A model generated the notes under the pieces. It saw nothing but the letters and a program-made list of their open reading frames with translations, made no database searches and had not been told where the DNA came from. From contig CALEPT010000123.1 in the NCBI GenBank assembly GCA_937910385.1, positions 26,080 to 90,079 of the forward strand: a stretch of 64,000 nt of DNA, in the 5' to 3' direction. The position numbers and the translations under genes were made by a program. The stretch comes from an uncultured Ruminococcus sp. Its GTDB lineage: Bacteria > Bacillota > Clostridia > Oscillospirales > Ruminococcaceae. Shown in pieces: positions 19,101 through 28,189 of the stretch. Numbering within the stretch: the first letter of the stretch is position 1; every line of letters begins with the position of its first letter.

Positions 19101-19722
19101 CGTCTCTGAATGCCTGTGCAGCGTCCTTATCGAGGAGCTCATAGAGAGTCTCGTCGTCCCATGTCTCGATCTTCTGTATCTCGTGGGAGGTACGGAAGCC
19201 GTCGAAGAAGTGGAGGAAAGGAACTCTGCCCTTGATAGTTGAAAGATGAGCTACGGCACCGAGGTCCATTACTTCCTGAGCACTGCCCGAGCAAAGCATA
19301 GCATAGCCGGTCTGGCGACAGGCATAAATATCGGAGTGGTCGCCGAAGATATTAAGAGCGTGCGAAGAAACGCAGCGTGCGGAAACATGGATAACGTTGG
19401 GGAGAAGCTCGCCTGCGATCTTGTACATATTGGGGATCATCAGGAGAAGTCCCTGAGAAGCTGTATAAGTAGTGGTAAGCGCACCTGCGGAAAGCGAGCC
19501 GTGAACAGTACCGGCAGCACCGGCTTCAGACTGCATTTCAGCAACTGTAACAGGCTGACCGAAAAGGTTCTTCTTGTTCTTTGCAGACCAGCTGTCAGTG
19601 ACCTCAGCCATAACTGAGGAAGGTGTGATGGGGTAGATAGCGGCTACGTCAGTAAAGGGATACGATACCCAAGCAGCAGCGTTGTTACCGTCCATGGTTT
19701 TCATTTTTCTTTTGATTGCCAT
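16177..19722 (-). CDS. nifJ: Pyruvate:ferredoxin (flavodoxin) oxidoreductase
   Basis: YPITPSS, two CxxCxxCxxxCP motifs, GGDGWAYDIG; RBS before ATG 19722. Confidence 0.97.
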   Translation of the reverse strand: MAIKRKMKTMDGNNAAAWVSYPFTDVAAIYPITPSSVMAEVTDSWSAKNKKNLFGQPVTVAEMQSEAGAAGTVHGSLSAGALTTTYTASQGLLLMIPNMYKIAGELLPNVIHVSARCVSSHALNIFGDHSDIYACRQTGYAMLCSGSAQEVMDLGAVAHLSTIKGRVPFLHFFDGFRTSHEIQKIETWDDETLYELLDKDAAQAFRDGALHPERPVLRGSAQNPDIFFQAREACNKYYDALPAIVEDYMNKVNDLIGTDYKLFNYYGAPDAEHIIIAMGSVNETIEETIDYLNAQGGKYGLVKVRLYRPFVAEKLVEAIPDSVKRISVLDRTKEPGSLGEPLYLDVVAALKGTKFNDIPVFTGRYGLGSKDTVPAQIVAVFKNTEKPRFTIGIEDDVTNLSLPLEENPDSAPAGTTACKFWGLGSDGTVGANKNSIKIIGDHTDLYAQAYFAYDSKKSGGVTISHLRFGKTPIKSTYLINKADFVACHNQSYIDKYDMVSDIKPGGTFLLNTIWSPEELDANLPGQVKRYIAQNNINFYIINGVKLGEETGMGTRINTILQSAFFKLANIIPFEDALGYMKAAAEASYSKKGQDVVEKNWNAIDAGHQNIVKVDVPDSWKDAADTQMGMAAVTCDDKKLQDYVNNIQIPCNAQEGNNLPVSTFVDMADGTFPQGSAAFEKRGIAVKVPSWIPENCIQCNQCAYVCPHAVIRPVAMTEAEASAAPAQTKTAAFKPAIGDLKFAMTVSTLDCTGCGVCANVCPAKEKALVMEPIASQLDQQEVFNYGRTLDEKPEVAAKFKADTVKGSQFRQPLLEFSGACAGCGETPYAKLVTQLFGDRMMIANATGCSSIWGGSAPSTPYTVNKKGRGPAWSNSLFEDNAEFGYGMYLAQETLRNRVVAKVKALEEKAENPDVKAAIAEYFDTFNDGAANNIATDKLVEALEACGCDDAKAILKEKDYLSKKSQWIFGGDGWAYDIGFGGLDHVIAQGKNVNILVFDTEVYSNTGGQASKSTPTGAIAQFAAAGKVVKKKDLAGIAMSYGYVYVAHVAMGANMNQCIKAFAEAEAYDGPSIVIAYAPCINHGIKTGMATAQAEEKKAVEAGYWHLYRYNPDLKAQGKNPFTLDSKAPNTDEYKNFLMGEVRYNSLARQNPERAEKLFDTAVANAKDRYDYLTRLTALYGQD

Positions 19723-19853
19723 AGGAAAAATACCTCCTGAAAAAAATTGTGCGGTTATAATAGAGTTAGCAAATGCTAATTTGTTAACCATGTATAACTT
19801 CAAAATTTATTATATCACAGTTTCCTGATTTTGTAAACACCTTTTTTGAAATT

Positions 19854-19871
19854 ATGTTACAAAAATAACAG
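19854..19871. promoter_or_regulatory. Possible Rex operator upstream of PFOR
   Basis: aTGTTA-N6-TAACAg resembles the Rex consensus TTGTTA-N6-TAACAA. Confidence 0.4.
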
Positions 19872-19914
19872 CTTAATTTTTAGCAATTTGCCTATATTTG
19901 GTGCTTGCGGCATA

Positions 19915-19945
19915 AAAAATCCCCCGCATTGCGTGTGCGGGGGAG
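19915..19945 (-). terminator. Intrinsic terminator
   Basis: TCCCCCGCA/TGCGGGGGA plus T-run on the minus strand. Confidence 0.7.
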
Positions 19946-19981
19946 TATAAGTGAATATATTTACCATTTTTGTCGTGAGCT

Positions 19982-20058
19982 TATACCAATTCTCGTTCAA
20001 CCTATTGATGGGATCAATAGGTTGATAGCTGCCGCAGGCGGAGTCGAGAATGGCATGA
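19982..20058. repeat. TA-bounded palindromic element
   Basis: Outer arms ATACCAATTCTCG/CGAGAATGGCAT enclosing TCAACCTATTGAT/ATCAATAGGTTGA. Confidence 0.5.
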
Positions 20059-20068
20059 GAAATTAGTA

Positions 20069-21250
20069 TTAATGCTGTTGCTGCTGAGCGGCTATTGCTT
20101 CGTATTCTTCCTGACCAATGTATTCGCAGGACTTTACCTTCCAGCCGAGGTCGCTTGAAGCTCTTACTATGGTGTAAGCCTCGTAATAGTAATCGTCATC
20201 TGTGGGGACTATTCCCTTTGCACGCCAGTCGTCGTCCTCAAACGACTGCGTTACCTTTGTGACCTTGAACGAATCCGCTGTGATGTCATACACATATACA
20301 GGCTTGTTTGATTTCGCCCAATAGTGCAGAGCAATTCCTCCGGAGTTGGTTAAATTCTTATAAAGCTTTCCGTTATATTCGTAAAGGCGAGATCCCATAT
20401 TGTAAAAATTTTCATCCGGGGGAGGAGAGCTTATAAGGGAATCTATCATACCTTTGTTGTCATCATATGCCAGAGTATAAAGTGCAAGCTCTTTTACATC
20501 TTCAATTGAATCAAACGTTCCCGAGGCGGTGTGTCCGACCATATTCGGTATAGTCTCAATAATTCTTGCATAGGTAAGCTCTATTTGAGGCGGAGTAAAG
20601 CTTTCATCTGTCAGCGTGTGAGTAAATGTATCATTGATATCGACCTTGAGGTCAAGACTGAATTCAGAGCATATCTTCATCAAAAGCTCATAGTCAGCAG
20701 TCAGCTCACCGGCGATATTCATGTAATACTCATCCTCATCCACGATACTGCCTGCAACGGGCTGTGTGCCGGCTTCAGCGGCAGATTCAACAGCTTCTGA
20801 AGCAGTCTGCTCCTGTGTGGCGACAGCGGCAGTTGATGTTTCCGTACTGAACTGTGAAACGGTAGCTTGTGCGGTATCCGTTTCGGTCGATACCTCGGTC
20901 ATAATGTTCTCACTCGGCTGAATAATGTCGCCGGAATTGTGCTTCATATTTTTGTTGAGCAGGTAAGCTCCTCCGGCAGCCGCAGCGGCTATGAGAATGA
21001 ACGAGGCTGCGGCGCAAACCGGCTTTAACCATGTGCGGCGGCGGTAATGCTCCACTCCGGTCACCACTACTTCAAAGCCTTCCGTGGTTTCAGACATGTT
21101 TTCTTTTTTATTTGCATTATACTTTCTTTCGCTCATTTCAAGCAGCTTATCAATATGCTGCCCGGAAAGTTCGGGACATTTATCTGACAGCCTGTTCATT
21201 TCGCTTTCCTCTGCATTTTCAAGCGCATCAAAAATATTCTCTCTTTTCAT
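20069..21250 (-). CDS. Putative membrane anti-sigma factor with extracellular domain
   Basis: Directly downstream of an ECF sigma; cytoplasmic N-terminus, one TM helix, Thr/Ala linker. Confidence 0.65.
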   Translation of the reverse strand: MKRENIFDALENAEESEMNRLSDKCPELSGQHIDKLLEMSERKYNANKKENMSETTEGFEVVVTGVEHYRRRTWLKPVCAAASFILIAAAAAGGAYLLNKNMKHNSGDIIQPSENIMTEVSTETDTAQATVSQFSTETSTAAVATQEQTASEAVESAAEAGTQPVAGSIVDEDEYYMNIAGELTADYELLMKICSEFSLDLKVDINDTFTHTLTDESFTPPQIELTYARIIETIPNMVGHTASGTFDSIEDVKELALYTLAYDDNKGMIDSLISSPPPDENFYNMGSRLYEYNGKLYKNLTNSGGIALHYWAKSNKPVYVYDITADSFKVTKVTQSFEDDDWRAKGIVPTDDDYYYEAYTIVRASSDLGWKVKSCEYIGQEEYEAIAAQQQQH

Positions 21251-21263
21251 GATATCTCCTCCT

Positions 21264-21836
21264 TTACCGTGTTATACCTTCCTGGGCGAGCATTGCTTTA
21301 AGCTTTGACATTGCCCTCGTACACCGTGACCTTACCGACGAGGCGGTCATTGAGACGGCCTTTGCTATCTGTGCCGAGGTAAGACCATAATAGAATTTTT
21401 GGATTATGATAGTTGAATCGGGCTCGCCGAGCTCTTCTATTTTGTTTAGAAGTATCTGCCGCAGCTCGGAATCTGTGAAGCTTTCCTCAATGTCTATATC
21501 GGAGGCAAGTTCAGCTATATTTTCCTCATCTATATATACTGTTCTGCTGTTTTTGGCGGAAAGACTGCGCCAACGGTCTATAGCTGTGTTTCGTGCAACA
21601 GTTCCTATAAGTGCCTTGAGGTCATCTTTTGCCTCACTGATGTTTTCTGCTTTCAGAAAAATATCCGCAAAGATATCGCTGACACATTCGTCGATATCTT
21701 CATTGCTGCCGCAGCTTCTGAGCTTATTGAAGACGATAGCATATACATATCGCCCGTATTTTTCTATCAGTGCCCTGTGAGTGATCTGCGGTGAAACTTC
21801 CGCAGAGATGCTTTGTTCGTTTGATCTCATATACAT
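21264..21836 (-). CDS. ECF sigma-70 factor
   Basis: Region 2 (DIDECVSDIF..ARNTAIDRWR) and region 4 HTH (AQIAKAVSMTASSVRSRCTRA). Confidence 0.9.
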   Translation of the reverse strand: MYMRSNEQSISAEVSPQITHRALIEKYGRYVYAIVFNKLRSCGSNEDIDECVSDIFADIFLKAENISEAKDDLKALIGTVARNTAIDRWRSLSAKNSRTVYIDEENIAELASDIDIEESFTDSELRQILLNKIEELGEPDSTIIIQKFYYGLTSAQIAKAVSMTASSVRSRCTRAMSKLKAMLAQEGITR

Positions 21837-22209
21837 TTCCCCTTTATTTTAAGGCAAGAGTCTGTTTATGCCTGCATCTGCACATTTGCGGTAAATTTTG
21901 TTTATTGCTGTGATAAAAAGCTTTGACAGTCAACAGGCTCTGATATTTTTCCCCTTCATAAATAACAATCGAAGTTAAAGCAGAAAGTGCTGCATCAAAT
22001 GATATATTTTTTTGTTTTAACATTTGCTTCCTGAATATTGATCGCTGTGACGAGCAGAAGCAATTCCGCAAGATAGAGTGCCGGTTTAAGCATAATACTA
22101 AGCTACCCTATAGCTACTATTATACCACAAGGGATATTGTTTGTCATAGTGTTCTTTATTTTAGCAGTTCATTGCAGCTTTAAATAAAAGATAAATTCAC
22201 AAAAAGACA

Positions 22210-22238
22210 TTGAAAATTCCGGTGTCATATGTTATCAT
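22210..22238 (+). promoter_or_regulatory. Sigma-A-like promoter
   Basis: TTGAAA-N17-TATCAT with extended -10 TG. Confidence 0.55.
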
Positions 22239-22373
22239 AAAAATAATAATGGTATGAAGCCGGCAGCAATATCAGATACAGATCCTATCAGCGTACCGGC
22301 GAAGGAACAAGTTCTTAGTTGCAGATCACGGTGTGTTCACACGTGTAAAATAAATATAACAAGGAGGTTACTT

Positions 22374-23498
22374 ATGAGCAATTATTTCGGAAAGGAAGTC
22401 TTTAAGCTGGGCTTCGGGCTTATGCGTCTGCCAAAACTGCCTGACGGAAAGATCGACGCAGCGCAGACGAGCATCATGGTGGACAAATTTCTCGAAGCGG
22501 GCGGCACTTACTTCGACACTGCTTATGTTTATGACAACGGTGAATCGGAAGCGGCAATCAAAAAAGCGCTTATCGACCGCTATCCCCGCGAAAAGTTCAC
22601 ACTTTGCACAAAGCTCAATGCGTGGATGCAGTGCCATGATGAGGAGAGCGCAAAGCAGCAGTTCTACACCAGCTTGGAGCGCACGGGCGCAGGCTATTTC
22701 GACTATTACCTGCTTCATGCCTTGCAGCGCGGAAATTACACAAAGTATGATGAATATCATATCTGGGATTTCGTCAAAGAGCAGAAATCAAAGGGACTTA
22801 TCAGATACTTCGGCTTCTCGTTCCACGCCGACCCCGCTCTGCTTGAGGAATTGCTTACAGCGCACCCGGAAGTGGATTTTATCCAGCTTCAGATCAATTA
22901 TGCAGACTGGGATAATCCCGGTGTGGCTTCAAGGGAATGCTATGAGATCGCCCGTAAGCACGGAAAATCCATAACGGTCATGGAGCCTGTCAAGGGCGGT
23001 GCGCTGGCAAATCCGCCGCAGGGAGTTCAGGATATCTTCAAGGCAGCCGATCCGAATGCGTCAAACGCTTCGTGGGCGATACGCTATGTGGCTTCTATGG
23101 ACGGCATTATTACGGTTCTTTCGGGAATGTCGAATATCGCACAAATGGAAGATAATCTCTCCTATATGCGTGATTTCAAGCCGCTGACCGAAGCCGAGCA
23201 TGAGGTCATTAAGGCAGCGCAGGAGGAGCTTAAAAAGGACAATTCCATAAAGTGCACAGCCTGTCACTACTGCACCGAGGGCTGTCCGATGGGGATTGCG
23301 ATCCCCGAGATATTCGCCGTGAGCAATTCTGAACATATCAAGGCGAGCTGGGACGGCGGTAAGCAAGCCTACGCAATTGCTACGCAGGGAAAGGGCAAGG
23401 CTTCTGAGTGCATCGAATGCGGTCAGTGTGAGAATGCCTGTCCTCAGCATTTGGAGATAATCAGTCTGCTTAAAGACTGCCGTAAAATGGAGGTATAA
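22374..23498 (+). CDS. Aldo/keto reductase with C-terminal 4Fe-4S dicluster
   Basis: LGFGLMRLP, YFDTAYVY and two CxxCxxCxxxCP motifs; RBS AAGGAGG. Confidence 0.92.
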   Translation: MSNYFGKEVFKLGFGLMRLPKLPDGKIDAAQTSIMVDKFLEAGGTYFDTAYVYDNGESEAAIKKALIDRYPREKFTLCTKLNAWMQCHDEESAKQQFYTSLERTGAGYFDYYLLHALQRGNYTKYDEYHIWDFVKEQKSKGLIRYFGFSFHADPALLEELLTAHPEVDFIQLQINYADWDNPGVASRECYEIARKHGKSITVMEPVKGGALANPPQGVQDIFKAADPNASNASWAIRYVASMDGIITVLSGMSNIAQMEDNLSYMRDFKPLTEAEHEVIKAAQEELKKDNSIKCTACHYCTEGCPMGIAIPEIFAVSNSEHIKASWDGGKQAYAIATQGKGKASECIECGQCENACPQHLEIISLLKDCRKMEV

Positions 23499-23500
23499 AA

Positions 23501-24079
23501 ATGTTTGAAAATGCTTTGACAATGAAAAACGTGTCTTATGGTACGAAGATCACATACAAAATGCTTGTATCCGCAGCTCTGGTGGCACTTGCTGTGATCC
23601 TGCCGCAGCTCGTACACCTTGCACTCGGTGCCCCCGGTGGAGTGAAGTGGCTTCCGATGTATCTGCCCGTACTGATCGGAGGCTGTCTGCTCGGTGAGAA
23701 GTGGGGACTTGCAGTTGGCGCACTCTCGCCGCTTGTGAGCTTTCTCATCACTTCTGCTATGGGCAACCCAATGCCTATGGCGGCAAGACTTCCGTTCATG
23801 ATGGCAGAGCTTGCGGTATTTGCCGTCGTTGCGGGACTGTTCACTAACAAGATCGCAAAGAACGGTCTGTGGGCTTTTCCTGCTGTCATTCTCGCACAGG
23901 TAACAGGCAGGGCTGTATTTCTCGGACTGATCGCCCTGACACAGAGCTTTACACAGTTCACTGTTCCGATGATCTGGTCACAGATACAGACAGGCTTTAT
24001 CGGACTGCTTACACAGGCACTTATCGTTCCTGTTATCATCATCGGACTGAGAAAGCTCATGGTGAAGGACGATGACTGA
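23501..24079 (+). CDS. ECF transporter S component (substrate unknown)
   Basis: About 190 aa with ~6 TM helices; AALVALAVILP and LPMYLPV motifs. Confidence 0.8.
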   Translation: MFENALTMKNVSYGTKITYKMLVSAALVALAVILPQLVHLALGAPGGVKWLPMYLPVLIGGCLLGEKWGLAVGALSPLVSFLITSAMGNPMPMAARLPFMMAELAVFAVVAGLFTNKIAKNGLWAFPAVILAQVTGRAVFLGLIALTQSFTQFTVPMIWSQIQTGFIGLLTQALIVPVIIIGLRKLMVKDDD

Positions 24080-24488
24080 TATCGAAAACGCAAAAGCAAA
24101 TCTTGAAGGACATTCTATCTGTCTCTGCCGTGACGGTGAGATCATCACCAATGACGGCAGAGGAATTTCTCCGATGATGCGGTTTCTCGCTGACGGGAAA
24201 GACCTGACAGGTTATTCTGTTGCTGACCTTATCGTCGGCAAGGCAGCGGCTATGCTGTTTGTCAAGGCGGGTATCGTCTGTGTTCACGCAAAAACAATGT
24301 CGGCAGCTGCAAGAGAGTTCCTTGAACAGCACGGTATTACGTATTCATTCGATACCTTGACAGAGAAAATAATCAACCGTCAGGGTGCGGATATATGCCC
24401 TATGGAAAAAGCTGTGGCAGAAATCAGCAATGCGGACGAGGGATATGCAGCACTCAAGAAAAAACTAAAACAATTACATTCAAAATAA
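24072..24488 (+). CDS. DUF1893 (TM1506-like) protein
   Basis: RGISP, ADLIVGKAAA and IINRQGADICPME motifs. Confidence 0.8.
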   Translation: MTDIENAKANLEGHSICLCRDGEIITNDGRGISPMMRFLADGKDLTGYSVADLIVGKAAAMLFVKAGIVCVHAKTMSAAAREFLEQHGITYSFDTLTEKIINRQGADICPMEKAVAEISNADEGYAALKKKLKQLHSK

Positions 24489-24606
24489 TAGTATAAACAA
24501 AATATATAATTCAAAAAATAAGAAAAAGAATATTCTTTGATTTATCTGAAAGCAGGGCATATTATGAATGTGTGCCCTGCCGAATATGAACTCCGGAGGA
24601 ACGATC

Positions 24607-25203
24607 ATGTTTGATCTGAAAAAAATTGCAGCTTTGCTTCTTTCCTGCACGCTTCAGCTATCTGCATTTTGCTCATGCAGTGCGAGCCGGGAGGGTGTCA
24701 AGCTTTCAGACAGCTCGGGTGCAAAAAAATATGCAGAGGAAAATTTCGGAGAAGCTGAGCTTGTGAGTACTGATAAAAGCTCCGATGCAGAAATAGTTTA
24801 CATTTTTAAAGACAAGGAATACGGATTTGAATATAATGTGCGCTCATTTGCATCAGGCAACAGCTTTGACGGCGAGAATTTCGGATATTCCGAAAAGAAA
24901 TCATCTGATTTTTCGGAGCAGTTCCAGAAATATATTGATTCTCAGATATGCGATGAGCTTGAGGATTATGAAAAGCAGTATCATTTTGAGTTTGAGTGGT
25001 ATGGCGGTACGTCCGCAGATGTTGCAGGAACTCTTATATTTGAAGAGGAATATATTTCAAATGCTGAACAGTCAGCAAGAGCGGCTGCTGAGAGCATAAT
25101 CAGCGTTGATGACCGCGGATATTTTAAGACTGTCGAAATAAAAAGCAGCAGGGGACTCTATGGAAATTTTGACCTGAAAAACATGACATACAACCGGTTC
25201 TGA
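24607..25203 (+). CDS. Hypothetical secreted protein or lipoprotein
   Basis: Signal peptide ending in AFCSC; GGAGGA RBS. Confidence 0.65.
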   Translation: MFDLKKIAALLLSCTLQLSAFCSCSASREGVKLSDSSGAKKYAEENFGEAELVSTDKSSDAEIVYIFKDKEYGFEYNVRSFASGNSFDGENFGYSEKKSSDFSEQFQKYIDSQICDELEDYEKQYHFEFEWYGGTSADVAGTLIFEEEYISNAEQSARAAAESIISVDDRGYFKTVEIKSSRGLYGNFDLKNMTYNRF

Positions 25204-25212
25204 AAAGAAAAC

Positions 25213-25254
25213 CAAAAATGCGAGGCATATGCTCAGAGCCTGCCTCGCATTTTT
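25213..25254. terminator. Bidirectional terminator
   Basis: AAAAATGCGAGGCA/TGCCTCGCATTTTT. Confidence 0.75.
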
Positions 25255-25356
25255 ATATTATCGTTTTGATGCTGCCGCAGCTGACACCGCTGCCGGCAGT
25301 ATAAAGTACGGAAAAAAGAGAAAGGCTGCACAACCGCTTGGCTGCGCAGCCTTTTT

Positions 25357-25449
25357 TATACTGCCCTCGCAAAGCCGCTATGCGGCATTGCGAATGCTTC
25401 GCAGATTGCAACACACATTTTATTGTGTGTTGCAATAGAGGGCAGTATA
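25357..25449. repeat. MITE/REP-like cloverleaf element, family copy 1
   Basis: 12-bp terminal IR TATACTGCCCTC/GAGGGCAGTATA with three inner hairpins; homolog at 45978-46069. Confidence 0.7.
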
Positions 25450-25490
25450 TAAAAGTTTCTTTATCAGCAAAGACTTTCCTTTAATTATCA

Positions 25491-27809
25491 TTAAAACTCG
25501 ATCTCGTCAGTAATGCTGAGCGTTTCGATGTCTGCTGCATAGAATTTGCTGCCCGACATCACATAGACGTAATCGCCGATATACAGCGCTCTGTCAGGAT
25601 CGTTATCCGCGTACCATGCATTGCTGCCGTCCGCTTGCTCGACTGTTATCTCTCCGCGCTGGACGAATTCGCCGTCCTCGTATGAGAAGAACAGATACGA
25701 GTATTTCCCGCTCCATGTATAATCAGAACTGTAGATGTCTTCAGATATCGGGAAACCGATAAGATTCTTCTCGGGTGCTATCATAAGAGCCTTTCTGTTC
25801 CATTGCGCAGATGAATAAACATAAAACTCGGATTCGCCGTCGTTGAGACCTCTGAGTATATACTCGCCGAGCTCTTCCAGCTCGGAAGGGTCGGAGTTAT
25901 CGAACATAACGAGCTTTACGCCGCTGTAAAGACCTGCCTCCCAGTCGGACTCTATCACGCCGAAGCCGAGGAGCAGTCCGTCGTTCCACTGCTGCATATA
26001 TGTGCTGTATCCCGGGAGCGTGAGCTCGTCGAGGATGGCGGGGGCAGTTGGGTCGGAGAGGTCTATCGCGAAGAGCGGGTCTGTCTGCTCGTAGGTGACT
26101 ACATAAGCCATATCGTCGTTGAAGCTTACGGACTTTACCTCCTCATTCTCGCCGAAGCCCTCTATGCTGCCGACCATATTGAGGTCGAGGTCGAAAACGT
26201 AAACTCGGTTATCACGGCTCACGAAGCTTTTTACATAGTAGCCGTTCTCATCGCTGTCACTGACCCAGCCGAAAACGTCCCACCAGTAGTCGTCATCGTC
26301 ATTGCTGTAGGAATAATATTTCTCCTCGTAGGTGTCCTTAGTAACTGCAACACGGAAATAGCCGCCGTATTCGCTCATTGAGAACTGATCGTGGATACGC
26401 CCCTCTACCTCGCAGCTTGCTGCCGGGACTATCTCTCCTGCGCCTATAGCTATGCGTGTTATTTCCGAATCCTCCCAGCCGTATGCGGTGTACATATTGT
26501 CGGCAGAGCAGTAGATCGTTCCCGAATAGCCTGCAAGAGCCTTGGTCTGAACGGGAGCAGCAACGCCCGTCTCGTTGAGATCGAGGCTGCCTATGACTGT
26601 GTACGACAGCCACTCTGAGTCTTCAAATTCTTCCTCAGGAAGCAATATATCTTCCGGAGCAATATAGACGATATCCTCGCCGACTCCGCAGGTGGGGATA
26701 TAGCGTGAAATTTCTTCTTGCCCGTCTATTTCCGAGTAAGCAGCGGTGCTATAGCTGCTGATAAGGTACATATATCCGTCGGGAGCTATCCTCACGTCAC
26801 TGAAATAGCCCTCCTGATAGTAGGTTTCGATGTACTGAGGCTGCTCACCCGTAGTGAAGAATGAAACGAAGGTCTTGGTATTGTCATCGATATTGTATGA
26901 GTATTCCTCGTCATCATAATATGAATATCTCCACGAATTGATCGTTCCTATTACGGCAAGCATATCATTGTACAGATACATCTCGCTTACATACACGTTA
27001 TAGCTGTAGTCATCATCGAACGGTGTGTGTATATATTCGTTAACCTCAATAGAGCCGCTGCTCGTGAATGTGCCGTTGTCTGCACCCGCAACGCGTATGA
27101 GGGCGTGGCTGGAGTCTTCGTAGTATTCGTATTGATTTGTGAGGTAGTAGATATATTCTCCGTCGGTCTTGACGATATCAGCCTCGCGGACTCCCTCTTC
27201 CTGATCGTAGGTCTCATAGTAGCTGCCTTCGTCAGCGCCGCCCAGACCTTCAGCCGCTCCTGCTTCTGAATCCGCAGCAGTACTGGAGCTGTAAGAGCCG
27301 CCCGCGTTATCCTCCATGGCAGATTCTTCGACTGCACCGTCTGTCATTATACCGTAGTCGTTGTAATTGCGGTTCTGCACTGCTCGCTCGGAAGCCTCAC
27401 CGAAGAGAGTATATATCTGCTCATAGCTCTCCGCCCCGCTCATGAATGCACCGACAGACTGAGCTGTCTCTTCCGTGATGTCGGAGGACGCATTGGTAGG
27501 TGTTTCGGGTTCGCCGCTTTCCGGCTCCCCATCTGTTAATTCTTCCTCGATATAAAGCCTTGATTCTTCATTTACTTTATGTTTATTTAAGAAATTTCCC
27601 TGTCCTGCAACATATACCGCCGTTCCGCTTATAACGGCGCAGGCGGCCGCACCTGCGGCGATCCTCGTGCCTATCTTTATCTTGTTTCTCTTTTTTGCGG
27701 GAGCTTTTTCATCAAGCATTGCTTTCATGCTCTCGGGAGAAAGCTCCTCGGGAACGGGTTCACTTTCAAGAGCCTTTTTTATCTTTTCATCGTTGCTGTA
27801 TTCGTTCAT
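25491..27809 (-). CDS. Membrane-anchored beta-propeller domain protein (possible anti-sigma factor)
   Basis: QEEGVREADIVKTDG and VTYEQTDPLFAIDLSDP motifs of the Beta_propel family; N-terminal TM helix. Confidence 0.8.
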   Translation of the reverse strand: MNEYSNDEKIKKALESEPVPEELSPESMKAMLDEKAPAKKRNKIKIGTRIAAGAAACAVISGTAVYVAGQGNFLNKHKVNEESRLYIEEELTDGEPESGEPETPTNASSDITEETAQSVGAFMSGAESYEQIYTLFGEASERAVQNRNYNDYGIMTDGAVEESAMEDNAGGSYSSSTAADSEAGAAEGLGGADEGSYYETYDQEEGVREADIVKTDGEYIYYLTNQYEYYEDSSHALIRVAGADNGTFTSSGSIEVNEYIHTPFDDDYSYNVYVSEMYLYNDMLAVIGTINSWRYSYYDDEEYSYNIDDNTKTFVSFFTTGEQPQYIETYYQEGYFSDVRIAPDGYMYLISSYSTAAYSEIDGQEEISRYIPTCGVGEDIVYIAPEDILLPEEEFEDSEWLSYTVIGSLDLNETGVAAPVQTKALAGYSGTIYCSADNMYTAYGWEDSEITRIAIGAGEIVPAASCEVEGRIHDQFSMSEYGGYFRVAVTKDTYEEKYYSYSNDDDDYWWDVFGWVSDSDENGYYVKSFVSRDNRVYVFDLDLNMVGSIEGFGENEEVKSVSFNDDMAYVVTYEQTDPLFAIDLSDPTAPAILDELTLPGYSTYMQQWNDGLLLGFGVIESDWEAGLYSGVKLVMFDNSDPSELEELGEYILRGLNDGESEFYVYSSAQWNRKALMIAPEKNLIGFPISEDIYSSDYTWSGKYSYLFFSYEDGEFVQRGEITVEQADGSNAWYADNDPDRALYIGDYVYVMSGSKFYAADIETLSITDEIEF

Positions 27810-27826
27810 TTCTATTCTCCTTTCGG

Positions 27827-28189
27827 TCAGTCTGTCCAGCCGAGCTCGCGAAGAGAGTCGAGTTCTTTCGCGGGGATATCAGAGATATCTCCCTTTTCGG
27901 TGCGAAAGCAGATGTATGCCTTTGTCATCGCGGGGTATGTTTCCAATATCTCGTCGCAGCGCACTATCAGCTTGTCGCCGTCGCTGTATTTATCAAAGTT
28001 TACCTCGCTGCCCGTGAGCTGTATCGTGCCGCTTTTTTCGGATATGATCATAGTGATCCCGTTTTTCGCACGCAGGAATCGTCCGCTGACGGTCTGTGTG
28101 CCGTGGCTGTAGAAGTATATCAGTCCGCCTGCGCACAAAAGCACTATCGTCGCAAGGATCGCTATCCCAACTTTCAAAGCCTTACCCAT
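27827..28189 (-). CDS. Small membrane-anchored protein, YobA/DUF3221-like
   Basis: N-terminal TM helix; GDKLIV..ILETYPA motif. Confidence 0.55.
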   Translation of the reverse strand: MGKALKVGIAILATIVLLCAGGLIYFYSHGTQTVSGRFLRAKNGITMIISEKSGTIQLTGSEVNFDKYSDGDKLIVRCDEILETYPAMTKAYICFRTEKGDISDIPAKELDSLRELGWTD

